Positions 26,500 to 38,115 of a stretch of 64,000 nucleotides of DNA are shown one piece after another; the first letter of the stretch is position 1, and each line of letters starts with the position of its first letter. Made by a program: the position numbers and the translations under genes. The stretch lies in the NCBI GenBank assembly GCA_965287045.1, contig OZ336870.1, forward strand, positions 123,814,001-123,878,000, given 5' to 3'. The notes under the pieces were generated by a model. It was given only the letters and a program-made list of their open reading frames with translations. It was not told the DNA's origin and did no database searches. Source of the DNA: Carcharhinus amblyrhynchos. Taxonomy: Eukaryota.

Positions 26500-27182
26500 C
26501 ACAGAGGGATCTGGTCGTGCAGGTGAAGTTCCCTGAAAATGGCAACACAAATGGAAAAGATGGTCAAGAAAGCTTGCTTGCCTTCATCAACTGGAGCACA
26601 AAATATAAAAATTGGCAAGATATGTTGCAGTTGCATAGAACTTTAGTTCAACCACAATTAAAATACTGTATACAGTCCTGGCCACCACACTACCAGAAAA
26701 TGTGGAGGCTTTGGGAAGGGTACAGAAAAAGGTTTACCAGGATATTGCTTAGTTTCAAGAGTATTAGCTATGAGGAGAGATTGGACAAACTTGATTTGTT
26801 TCCACGTGACTGTCAGGGGTTGAGTAGTGACCTGATGGAAGTTTACAAAATTATCAGTGGCATGGATACAATGGATAGTCGGGATCTTTTCCCAGACTCC
26901 AGGGGAAGTCCGGAGGAAAGGGGGAAGTTTAAAGAAGATGTGAGCGCCAAATGTTTTACACAGAAGGTGGTAAGTGCCTGGAATATGCTGCCTGAGGAGG
27001 TAGTAGAAGCATACAGCAGCAGTGTTTAAGAGGCAATCTTGACAGATACATGAATAGGTAGGGAAAAGAGGGACATGAACTGTATAGAGGCAAAAGGTCT
27101 TTAGTTTAGAATGGTGTCATGTGTGATACAGGCATGGTGGGCCAGGGACCTGCTCCTGTGCTGTACTGTTCTCTGTTCTTTG
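26500..27182 (+). mobile_element. CR1 LINE 3' fragment
   Basis: LHRTLVQPQLKYCIQSWPPHY…YEERLDKLDLF…FTQKVVSAWNMLP, followed by a CR1 tail. Confidence 0.9.
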
Positions 27183-27619
27183 TAAATTTTATTCCTACAG
27201 TGACAGGAATTCTCACGTTAAGATCATTTGTACTTATACCAAGAACCAACACATCTTATCTAAGTCTTCAACCACTCACTTTGCTCTTAAAGCAGTTAAC
27301 ACAACAATGATCTTCACTTAATATTCTCAACATGCTGTCAAAATCCCTACATGGCAATGCCCTTCCCAATTTGAAGTAACTGTCATTTAATTAGAAAGCA
27401 ACTAGGAATGGGGGTGGATTTCTCCAACTGTGCTGGTCTAAAAGCCGAAAATTCCCGTCTGATTGTCAGTGGGCTTCACATTGTCTGCAACCTGCCCACT
27501 ACAATTTCATTGGCAGGACAGCTGGGAGAATTCTGGCCTTGGATTCTGCCTGGTGATATATATTTTGAACTCTGCTTCACAGACAGAAATTGATCATCAT
27601 TATGAAGCAGACCGGGAGG

Positions 27620-28560
27620 AGTGTGAAGCAGGTCATTGTCTGTGTGAAGCAGGTCATTGTCTCTGTGAAACAGGCCAGGAGGATGGTGAAGGTATCAAGA
27701 ATTGGGTGAAATCACTGAGAGGATTGTGAAGACACCATGAGGAGTGTGAAAAAACTGGAAGGAGTGTGAATAGACTGTGAGGATAGTGAAGACACTATGA
27801 GGATAGTGAAGAAACTGTGCAGATTGTGAAGACACTGTGAGGATTGTGAAGACACTGGGAGAAGTGTGAGGACACTGGGAGGAGAGTGAAGACACTAGGT
27901 GGATTGTGAAATCACCAGGAGGAGTTTGAAGAAACTGAGAAGTGTGTGAATACACTGTGAGGATAGTGAAAGCACTGTGAGAATTGTGAAGCTACTGGGA
28001 AGAGCACAAAGACACTGTGAGGATCATAAAGACACTGGGAAGAGGGAGAAGACATTATAAAAATAGTGAAGACACTGGGAGGAGAGTGAAGACACTAGGT
28101 GGATTGTGAAGTCACCAGGAGAAGTTTGAAGAAATTGGGAAGTGTGTGAATACACCATAAGGATAGTGAAGACACTGTGAGAATTGTGAAACTACTGGGA
28201 AGAGCACAAATACACTGTGAGGATCATGAAGACACTGGGAAGAGGGAGAAGACACTGTAAAAATAGTGAAGGCACTGGGAGGATGTGAGGACACTGGAAA
28301 GATAATGAAGACACTGGCAGGAGTGTGAATATACTTGGAGGGTTGTGAAGACACTGGGAGGATACTAGAAAAAGTGCAAAAACTCTGTCAGGAGTGTGAA
28401 GACAGTAGAAGAAGTATGAAGGCACTTTGAGGAGTGCAACCTGACCAGGGAGAGTATGAAGACACCAGAAGAAGTGAGAAAAGGCCAGGAGGAGTGTGAA
28501 AGGAATGGGAGGAGTGTGAAAGGCTGGAAGGAGTTTGAAAGTATCGGGAGTGGTTTGAGC
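27620..28560. repeat. 20-bp purine-rich minisatellite with a 200-bp higher-order duplication
   Basis: Unit ~gaagacactgtgaggattgt; 27871-28070 and 28071-28270 share the same order of variant units. Confidence 0.92.
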
Positions 28561-29179
28561 AGGCCAGCATCCTTAAAATTAGACAAAGAGAAAAATAAAA
28601 TTGTGACAGCATTGCAAAACCAAATGCGGATTGACTGGTGATTGTTGCTGCTGATTTTCCTTTCTTCAAAGTTGGACTGTGTGAATGTTGAGAAATAGCA
28701 AGTGCAGAACAGCACTGAAAACACTGTGGAGAAAGTGAGACTTCACTTGGTGAATTGTAGATAACAGTGAGCATAAAGGATGTCCATCCGTAACAACCAA
28801 GAATCTGCCTGTCATTCCCAGGTCTGGCTCAGAGAGAAACAAATGAGCTGTGTCTTCACAGGGGTGCATAAAGGTTTTAAGCATAACTTCTAACCTAGAG
28901 AATAAATTGATGAGTGTTTGATTTCATTTTTCAATATGAAGTTTATTATTATGAATAATGTGCAGGAAATATAAGGGTTTTTTAGGATTAGTGCGTTTTA
29001 TTAGTATTGATATGGATTATTAATAGTAGTAATGTTTATTAGTATTGATAACTGTTTATTAACACAAACAAGGTAATTAACTAATAGATAGAGAATACAG
29101 GACTGCTTCAACTTCTGCTGTGCATATCCTGTGCTTTGAGGGAACTCCAGGATGCTTCCTGTGTTCTGAATGACGTTAC

Positions 29180-30428
29180 AACACAGTTTTGTAAAGGGTA
29201 GGTCATGCCTCACAAACCTTATTGAGTTCTTTGAGAAGATGACCAAAGAGATTGATGAGGATAAAGCAGTTGATGTAGTGTATATGGATTTCAGTGAAGT
29301 GTTTGATAAGGTTCCCCATGGTAGGCAATTGCAGGAAATACGGAGGCATGGAATTGAGGATGATTTAGTGCTTTGGATCAGAAAATGGCTAGCTGTAAGA
29401 AGACAGACGGTGGCAGTTGATGGGAAATGTTCATCCTGCAGTTCAGTTAGTAGTGGTATACTGCAAGAATCTGTTTTGGGGCCACTGTTGTTTGTCATTT
29501 TTAGAAATGACCTGATGAAGGCATAGAAGGATAGGTTAGTAAATTTGCAGATGACACTAAAGTTGATGGAGTTGTGGACAATGCAGAAAGATGTTGCAGG
29601 TTACAGAGGGACATAGATAAGCTGCAGAGTTGGGCTGCGAGGTAGCAAATGGAGTTTAATGCAGAAAAGTGTGAGGTGATTCACTTTGGAAGGAGTAACA
29701 GGAATACAGAGTACTGGGCTCACGGTAAGATACTTGGTAGTGTGGGTGAGCGGAGACATCTCTGTGTCCGTGTGCATAGATCCCTGAAAGTTGGCACCAG
29801 GTTGATAGGGTTGTTAAGAAGGTGTACAGTGTGTTAGCTTTTATTGGTAGAGGGATTGTGTTTTGGAGCCATGAGTTCATATTGCAGCTGTACAAAACTC
29901 TGGTGCGGCCGCACTTGGAGTATTGCGTACAGTTCTGGTCGCCGCATTATAGGAAAGATGTGGAAGCATTGGAAAGGGTGCAGAAAAGATTTACCAGGAT
30001 GTTGCCTAGTAGGTGGGAACATCTTATGAGGAAAGGCTGAGGGACCTGAGGCTGTTTTCGTTGGAGAGAATAAGGTTAAGAGGTGACTTAATAGGGGCAT
30101 ACAAGATGATCAGAGGATTAGATAGGCTGGACAGTGAGAGCCTTTTTCTCCAGATGGTGATGACTAGCACGAGGGGACGTAGCTTTAAATTGAGGGGTAA
30201 TAGATAGAGGACAGATGTCAGAGGTAGGTTCTTTACTCAAAGAGTAGTAAAGGCGTAGAATGCCCTGCAACAGTAGTGAACTCACCAACATTAAGGGCAT
30301 TTAAATGGTCATTGGATAAACTTGTGGATGATATTGGAATAGTGTAGGTTAGATGGGCTTTAGATTGATTTCACAGGTCGGCGCAACATTGAGGGCCAAA
30401 GGGCCTGTACGGCGCTGTTATATTCTAT
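29180..30428 (+). mobile_element. CR1 LINE, 5'-truncated RT and 3' UTR, disrupted
   Basis: HSFVKGRSCLTNLIEFFE…VDVVYMDFSEVFDKVPHG…LYKTLVRPHLEYCVQFWSPHYRKDVEALERVQKRFTRMLP. Confidence 0.93.
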
Positions 30429-30429
30429 A

Positions 30430-33400
30430 GTGCAGCAAATGTCATCAGTTGCAGCAGCTTAAGCTCCAGTTTTCCAAATGTCAACAACAGCTGGAATCAT
30501 TGTGGCGATTCTGTAAGATTGAGAGCTTTGTGGATAGCACATTTATAGATTTGGTCACTCCACAGCTAAAAAAAGTACAAGGAGAGAGGGAATGGGCGAC
30601 CATCAGATGGGCAGGTAGAAACAGGCAGGTGGCGCAGCAGCCCCTACATGCATCCCACTCTCCAAACAGTTCTGCATACTGTGAAGAGAGAAGGCTCATC
30701 TGGGAGTGCAGCCAGAGGCAAGTCCATGGCATCAGATGTGACTCAGTAATACACGGGATACAAGGAAGACAGGGGGTGTAATAGTTATCAGCAATTTGAT
30801 AGTAATGGAAATACGTAGGAATTTCTTCAGCCAAAGTACCCTATTGCCACCCTGTGTTAGGATCAATGGATGGCTGCAGAGCACCCTGGGAAGAATGGCA
30901 TTGGCAGGGGGTTTGTGGGGGGGGGAAAGGATGATGAAAAACAGCAGTTTTGGTCCCCATTGGCATGAATGATGGGTCCTGCAATCAGGAGTTAGGAAGC
31001 CAGGTAGGAAAATTAACAAACTGGATCTCATGGTACTCATCTCCAGATTATCTCCAGTACCACATAGGTATAGAAGTAGAAAAATGAAACCAATGATTGC
31101 ATGGTGAAGATGTGATGCAAGGAGGATTTTAGATTCTTGGTGTCTGTTCTGGGAAGATTGGACCTGAACAACTTGATGGGTTGTGTCCAAATAGAGTTGG
31201 GACTGAATCCCTTGCAGGACACTTTTCCAGTGTTAATGAGTAGGGTTTGAACTAGCTTGGCAGAAGTGTGGGAGCCAGGAAGAAGTATCAGAACGGAATA
31301 CCAATGTTGACAGAATACTGGGCAAGATAGATAACACTAAAACACCAATTAGTAAGTTATTAAAAGGAGTCAGAGAAAGCCAGAACGTAATAAAGTCTAA
31401 ATCTGGTTTATTGTTCATGTATGTGAATGCATGAAATGTGGTTAATAAGATTGGGAAGTTACATGCACAGATAGACACGTGGAAATATGATTGTGCCTAG
31501 AATAGAGACCTGGTTCAAAGAAGAGTGGGACTGAGTGTTAAATATTCATGTATTCAAGATGTTCAGGAAACATAGGAAAGGGAGAAAAGAGGGAGGAGTG
31601 GTGGTATTAATTAAGGAGAGTATTGCAACTGGAGAGGGGTCAAGGAAAGAATCTATCTGGCTAGAGTTAAGGAACAAAAAAGCTGCAACTACAGTTTATA
31701 GACCACGAACTAGTGGTAAAGATGTAAAAGAACACTTTTCCAAGGAATTTGCAGAGATTAAATAATGATAACATAGTTATAATTGTGGGTGGGGTGGGGG
31801 GGGAACATGAATTATCCAAATACAGACTGGGATAGTAGTAATGTAAAGACAGAGAGGGGCAAGAAGTTCTGTAGTGTGTTCAGGAAAATCTTCTACAACA
31901 ATATGTTTCCAATCCAACGAGAGAAGGGGTGCTATTAGACCTAATTCTTGGGATGAGGTGGATTAAGAGAACCAAATATCAGGAGAACATTTAGGGGACA
32001 GTGATTATTGTAGGATAGGGTTTATATCAATTGTAGAAATGGACAAAGGACAATCCAGATTAAGAACAATTAACTGGAGAGAAGCCAACTTTAACAGCGA
32101 TAAGGCTGGATCTGGGCCAAATAAATTAGAATCAAATGTTGGCAGGGAAAATGGTAGCTGAATGTTGGGTTATCTTCAAAGAAGAGATGGCTTGGTCACA
32201 TTCAAGGCCTAGTCCCTCAAAAGAGAAAGATAAGGTATACAAGTTCAGGAGCTCCCTGGATAACAAAGCAGATAGAGATTAAAGTGAAGAAGACAAAGTG
32301 TGCTTATAACAGATATCAGGTGGGTGATACAGTGAAGAACCAGGCTTAAGGTAGGGTCACAGGGCAAGTGAACAAAACATAACAGAAACAAAGAGACTGC
32401 ATAAAAAGAGACTGGCAGCTAACATGAAACGGAATCCCAAAGTCCTCTACAGGTGATAAAAGGAGGCATATGGACCAAAAAGAGGAATTGCATTTGGAGG
32501 CAGGGGAAATAGCTGAGGTATTAAATTAATACTTTGCATCTGTCTTCACCAAGATGAGAACGTCACCCAGACCATGGTAAAGAGGATGTAATTAATATAC
32601 CAGAAGCAAGAATTAAATAAGCTGCCTATATTTAAATTTGATAAAGCACTCAGACTAGGTGAGATGCATCAATGGATGCTGAGGGAAGTGAGAGTGGCAA
32701 TTGTGGAGACACTGACCATCATTTTCCAGTCTTCCTTAGACTCAGGACTGGTTCCAGAAGATTGGAGAATTGCAAATATTACACTCTTCATCAGAAAGGG
32801 GCATAAAAGTAGACCCAGCAAATACAAGCCAACCAATTTGGCCTTGGTTTAGGTAAATTTCTAGAAATAACTCAAGGCATCATTAATTGCCATGTGGACA
32901 AATTCAGGTTAATTAAGGAAAGGCAGCAGATTGGTTAAAAGAAAATCATCTTTAACTAATTTGTAGTAATTTCTTTGAAGAGATAACAGAGAAGATCGAT
33001 GAGGGCAATACTGTTGATGTGGCACACATGGACTTCCAAAATGCATTTGATACAATGCTGCACAACAGAAATGTGAGCAACGTTAAAGATCATGGAATAA
33101 AAGGGAAAAGTAGCAACATGGCTAAGAGACAGGAAATTTACAATCATGGTTAATGGATGTTTTTGGGCTGGTGGAATGTTCGTAACAGAGTTCCCCAGGG
33201 TCAGCATTGAGATCCTTACTTTTTCTGATATGGATTAATGACTAGATCTTGGTGCACTAGGCACAATATCAAAGTTTGCGGATAATATGAAATTTGGGAG
33301 TATTGTGAACTGTTAGATGGATAGTGTAGAGCTTCAGAAAGACATAGATGCACTTGTAGAATAGGTGGAGATGTAGCAGATGGAGTTCAATGCAGAGAAG

Positions 33401-34292
33401 TGTGAAGGGATTCATTTTGAATGGCAGAACATGGAGAGACAATATAAATTAAAGGATGCAATACTAAATGGAGTGCAGGAGCAGAGGGACCTGGGTATGT
33501 ACATGCATACATCATTAAAGGTGTCAAGGCATGTTGACGGAGCAGTCAATAAAGCAGACTGTATCTTGGGCTTTATGCAGAGGGGCATATAATACAAGAG
33601 TAAAAAGATTGTAAGGTGCTTGTATAAGACAATATTTTGGCTTCCACTGGATTGTTGCATTCACTTCTGGGCGTCACACTTTAGGAAAAAATGTGAAATC
33701 ATTATAAAAAATGCAGAAAAGATTCACAGAAATAGTTCCAGGACTGAGAAACTTCCATTACGAAGACAGATTGGCAAGGTTGTGACTATTTTCCTTAGAG
33801 ATGGAACAGCTGAGAGAAAATTTGATAGAGGTATTCAAAACCATGAGGATTCTGGACAGAATAAATAAAGGTAAACTGTTCTCACTCCTGAAATGATCAC
33901 GAACAAGAGTGCACAGAATGAAAGCACTTGGAAAATTCCATTCTCTATACATGGTACCCTTTGTCTGTATAGCGCACAAAAAGCAATACTATTCACTGTA
34001 TGCTCATACATGTGACAATAATAAATCAAATCAAATTTTAAAAAGTTAAAATTACATGAAGATAAATGTTTTCATACAATGGGTGGTTAGTCTGGAATGT
34101 ACTACCTGCTGTTGTATTTGGGCAGCTTTGGTCTTAACATCAACAGAGAATTAGACCATTACCTGGAAAGGGAGAATGTGCACAGTTATGGAGAGAAGAT
34201 GGGGAAATGGCACTCAGTGAATTATTCAGAAAGCTAATGCAAACATGATATGCTAAATGGCCTCCTTCTGTACTGTAACAATACTGTGATTG
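30430..34292 (+). mobile_element. Older, nearly full-length but heavily decayed CR1 LINE (ORF1, APE and RT remnants)
   Basis: ORF1-like QQLESLWRFCKIESFVDSTF…; APE-like RKEGGVVVLIKES…ESIWLELRNKK…VYRP; RT-like IFQSSLDSGLVPEDWRIAN and MEFNAEKCEGIHF; many stops; tail at ~34250-34292. Confidence 0.88.
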
Positions 34293-34689
34293 ATACTGGG
34301 CCAAGTGTTAATTTTAAGTCTGTAAGTGATACATATTTGTTAACCAATAGCATTTAGGGATATGAAATAAAAGTGGGTATCTGGAGTTGGGTCACAGATC
34401 AGTCATTACCTCATGAAATAGTGGAGGAAATTTGAAGAGGCAAGTGACTTCCACCCAACACATCTCTGTCATCTCCTCCAGCCCTACAAACTCTCTGACA
34501 TTATTAATAATAGAATTAAAAGGTCAAATTTTGGCCTCTTGTCTGACCCTAGCTAAGCTACTGAAGCCCAGAGTTCCCTTCTTAAACTTCTACAATCTCT
34601 TCCCCTCTCTGTTCCTCTCTTCTTTAAACTCTGCCCCAAACACCTATCTTTTTAACCAAATATTTTCCCACTAGCCCTAATATTTCACA

Positions 34690-35030
34690 AGAACGTGTAA
34701 GCACCAGAAATCGGAGCAGGAGTAGGCGACATGGTTGTGGAACCTGCTCCCCTGCCATTCAATATGATCAGTGCTGATCTTGGGCATCAATTCAATTTTC
34801 CCGCATATCCCCTGATTCCTGGAGAGACCAAAACATCTGTCTATCCCAGACTTAGATACATTCAACAATAGAGTATCCACAACTCTCTGGGGTAGAGAAT
34901 GCCAAAGAATCTTTAAGGGAAGAACTTTCTCCTCGTCTCAGTCCCAAATGGTGAGCCTGAAACTGTGCCCCTGTGTTTTAGCTACCCAAGTCAGGGGAAA
35001 CAATGTCTCAGTGTCTACCCTATCAACTCC
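34690..35030 (-). mobile_element. CR1 3' fragment
   Basis: ggagcaggagtaggc…gccattcaatatgatc…ctctctggggtagagaatgccaaag. Confidence 0.65.
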
Positions 35031-36604
35031 TTTGGTTCATCTCAATTTCTATCTGATTCGCTGCTGTGAGGTGTTGGCGATGTTTTGCTGTGCAAAGTAG
35101 TGAGTTGATGTTCATGTGTCGTATGAAAAGGCTGCTTTCATCTGGATGCTGAACTTCAGTTAATGTTGTAGGTTCCCATCTGGACTTTAGCCATTGGGCC
35201 AGTTAACTGCCATACATTCCTCGGATGTAATGCCTTTATGGATTCATCTTGGACCTGTGAAACGCTGGATAAGCGGTTCCATTTTACAAAGTTCATGCCC
35301 ATTGTCAACATTGTAAATGGCGCGATTAACTCGTACACTTCCCAACCCAGCATTTCTGATCCCAGATGAACAAATCAGGACTTGTGCACAGTGATCTTGA
35401 GTAGACAGGGAACTATAATGAGCCAAATGGCATCTGATAGATAGATGTTGCTCTGTATCAGGCGCGGTGGGGGGTGGGGGGGGAGGTGGTGGTGGTGATC
35501 GGGGAAACAATTGTTTAACTCGCCATTCTCTAGCTAGTCCAAGTTGTACATTTACCGCAAGCATGCCTGGAGAGTCCTTCAGTCACTGTGAGTTGGGTTG
35601 AGAGTAGGACAGTATGTGATTCTTACGAAATATCAGCGCAAAATAAAAACCTATCAGTCACCATCAACAATGGGCAGTGTGAATTTATGTGAAAAACATG
35701 TACATGTAGCCCTAACGATATGTATCACTGGATAGATTTTCTTTCCAGCAGTGTGTCGTTCAGAGCAAAAGCAATGGAATGGAAATCTCAAAGATGTTTA
35801 ATAAATGCACTAAAGAAGGATCTAAATGTTCGGTTTTACAGCATTTGCCGCAGTGATTTCATTCTATATTCCGCCTATACTTTCCAGTGAAATTGCACAT
35901 ATCTCTCCCATTAAGTCTCGCACAAAAACAGATTTTACAGATTCGAACTATCAATGTTTCATAAATGTGTCAAAAGTTGGGTAAGAGAAACATGAATCAC
36001 TGTGCAACTTTGCTATGTAGTAACGGTCCCTAGATCGCCGGTCCGTTAACTCCCATTTTAAAGAGGCTGGTGTTGGAGCAAGCCTTCTACAATCTCCAAT
36101 TTGCATCTCATGAAATAAAAATGTCAAAAGGTTTGATATATTTGTTATCTCCGGACAGCTATTTGCAAAGGCATTGCAAAGAAGTTAGTCTGATTTTTTT
36201 TATATTCTTTTTGCTTCACCTGGCTGGAACTACTTTTAACTTAAAATCTAATTTTTGAGATACTGGATAACTACATAAAATTTAAAGATCGGAAACAGGG
36301 CCTTGGGCCGCACTGATCTAATCTAGTGTTTATAGCCTATGTCGATTTCCTCCCTCAGTTCTTACCATATCGCCATTAGTGCATCCTTCTATCCTTTTCT
36401 CCTTAATTTTCTTATCAAGATTTCCCCTTAACCGTGTCAGCTTCCCCAACAATACCTCACTGGAACTGGTAAAGGCAGGAATGTAGTTTAATTGTTCATA
36501 AACATATCTGATGATGCATTGTTGGGGTAAACGCATTGAGCGGTATACCAGTTCACCAAGAGCTTCTTCCACACAAATGCACGCACCACGTTTCGACGAA
36601 TATT

Positions 36605-36908
36605 AAAGTTTGAAATTTATTTAGTAGTGTCACAAGTAGGAGCACATTAACACAGCATCACTGAAGTTACTGTGAAAATTCCCTAGTCGCCACACTCTGG
36701 CGCCTGTTCGGGTGCACTGAGGAAGAATTTAGCATGGTCGATGCACCTAACTAGAACTTCTTTCAGATTGTGGAAGAAAACCCAAAGAATGCCCAGACAG
36801 ACATTGGGAAAATGTGCAGACTCTGTATAGGCAGTAAGCCAGGAATTGAACCCAGGTCCTTGGTGCTGTGAGACAGCAGTGCTAATCATTGTGCCACCCT
36901 GCTGCCCC
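36605..36908 (-). mobile_element. HE1/V-SINE-like SINE
   Basis: Reverse complement of the 4140-4446 family. Confidence 0.85.
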
Positions 36909-36999
36909 TCAATATTAATTTCAATTCACAAGCGCGCAATACTTTTCGATGTACGCAGAGAAATATTTTTCCCAGCTAGTGTATTTTGCATGCTCGGTA

Positions 37000-37425
37000 A
37001 GTCCCCAAAGGCTTTACAACTAACAACAAAGAAAAATTGGAATTGTGTCTACTGCCATTCTGTGAACTGCAGCTGCCAAACACGATGTAGCAACGTCCCA
37101 CAAGCAGCAATGAGATAATAACAAGATAATAGATTTTTACTGGTAGTGATTGAGAGATAAATGCCATTGGCATTTTATGCTTGCCAGTGCATTACCAGAG
37201 AGCTAAGATAATTCTACTCTCTGAATGGTGCCCTGGGATCTCTTATACTCACAGGAGAGGGCGGCTGGGTCTTGGTGTGCCCTCTCATCCAAAAGATACA
37301 GCTGGGAGAGTGCAACAATCCCCTAACTACCTCATGAAGTGTCGGTTTAGAATCTAAATCCCCAGAGTGGAACTCAAATATGTGAATGTTGTCCCAGAGC
37401 TGACACTAGGGTCAATTCAGCTGAC
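37000..37425 (-). mobile_element. Deu-domain SINE, decayed
   Basis: cccacaagcagcaatgagataa…gattgagagataaat…gtgccctgggatctct…tctcatccaaaaga; resembles the reverse complement of 25705-26130. Confidence 0.55.
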
Positions 37426-37629
37426 ACAAAAGCTGAAAAATTATAACAAGATGACCTAAATTATCTAGTGAGGAAAAAAACTACTGCCGGAAATGCCGAG
37501 GAGTTGGAAACATGGTACCAGTCCCTCGAAATGCGAGCATCAAAATCCCCACGGAGTTCAGGATCTATATCAAGTCTGTCAGTCAGCTCCTAACTTCATG
37601 CATATTGACATAATGCCGTGTCACGTTTC

Positions 37630-38115
37630 CGTGTGGCGTGGAGAGGCATAGTTGACTAGTAATCCAGAGACCCAGCACAAGATGTGCAGGTTGGGTTCAT
37701 TGGCCAAGCTAAATTGACCCTAGTTAAGAGGGATTGGCAGATTAAATATGTGGGGTTACGGGAATAAAACCCGGGTGGGATGTGGTCGGTACAGAATCGA
37801 TGGGTCGAATGGCCTTCTTGTGTACTGTACGGATTCTATGTTTCTATGATTAAGGTCTGGAGACTCGGGTTCGAATCCCACCACGGAAATCTGAAACTAA
37901 CAGTCTGATGATAAGCATGACACCACTGTTGTAAAAATCCATCCTTTTCACTAATGTCCTTTAGGGAAAGAAATCTGCCGTCCTTACCTCGTCAGTCTTA
38001 TATGTGATCCCAGAGCCACGACAATGCGGTTGACTCTCAAATGCCCTCTGAAATGGAAGGCAGTTAGGGATGGGCAATAAATGCTGACACCCACATTCTG
38101 CAAATGCATTTTTAA
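37630..38115 (+). mobile_element. Second tRNA-SINE family with a nested HE1-like 3' fragment (37677-37848)
   Basis: gactagtaatccagagaccc…[insert]…gggttcgaatcccaccacgg…ttcactaatgtcctttaggg…gggatgggcaataaatgctg. Confidence 0.75.

Noticed and set aside
30430-34292. Possible active or domesticated reverse transcriptase gene
   Set aside because: Numerous stops and frameshifts; a dead CR1 copy.
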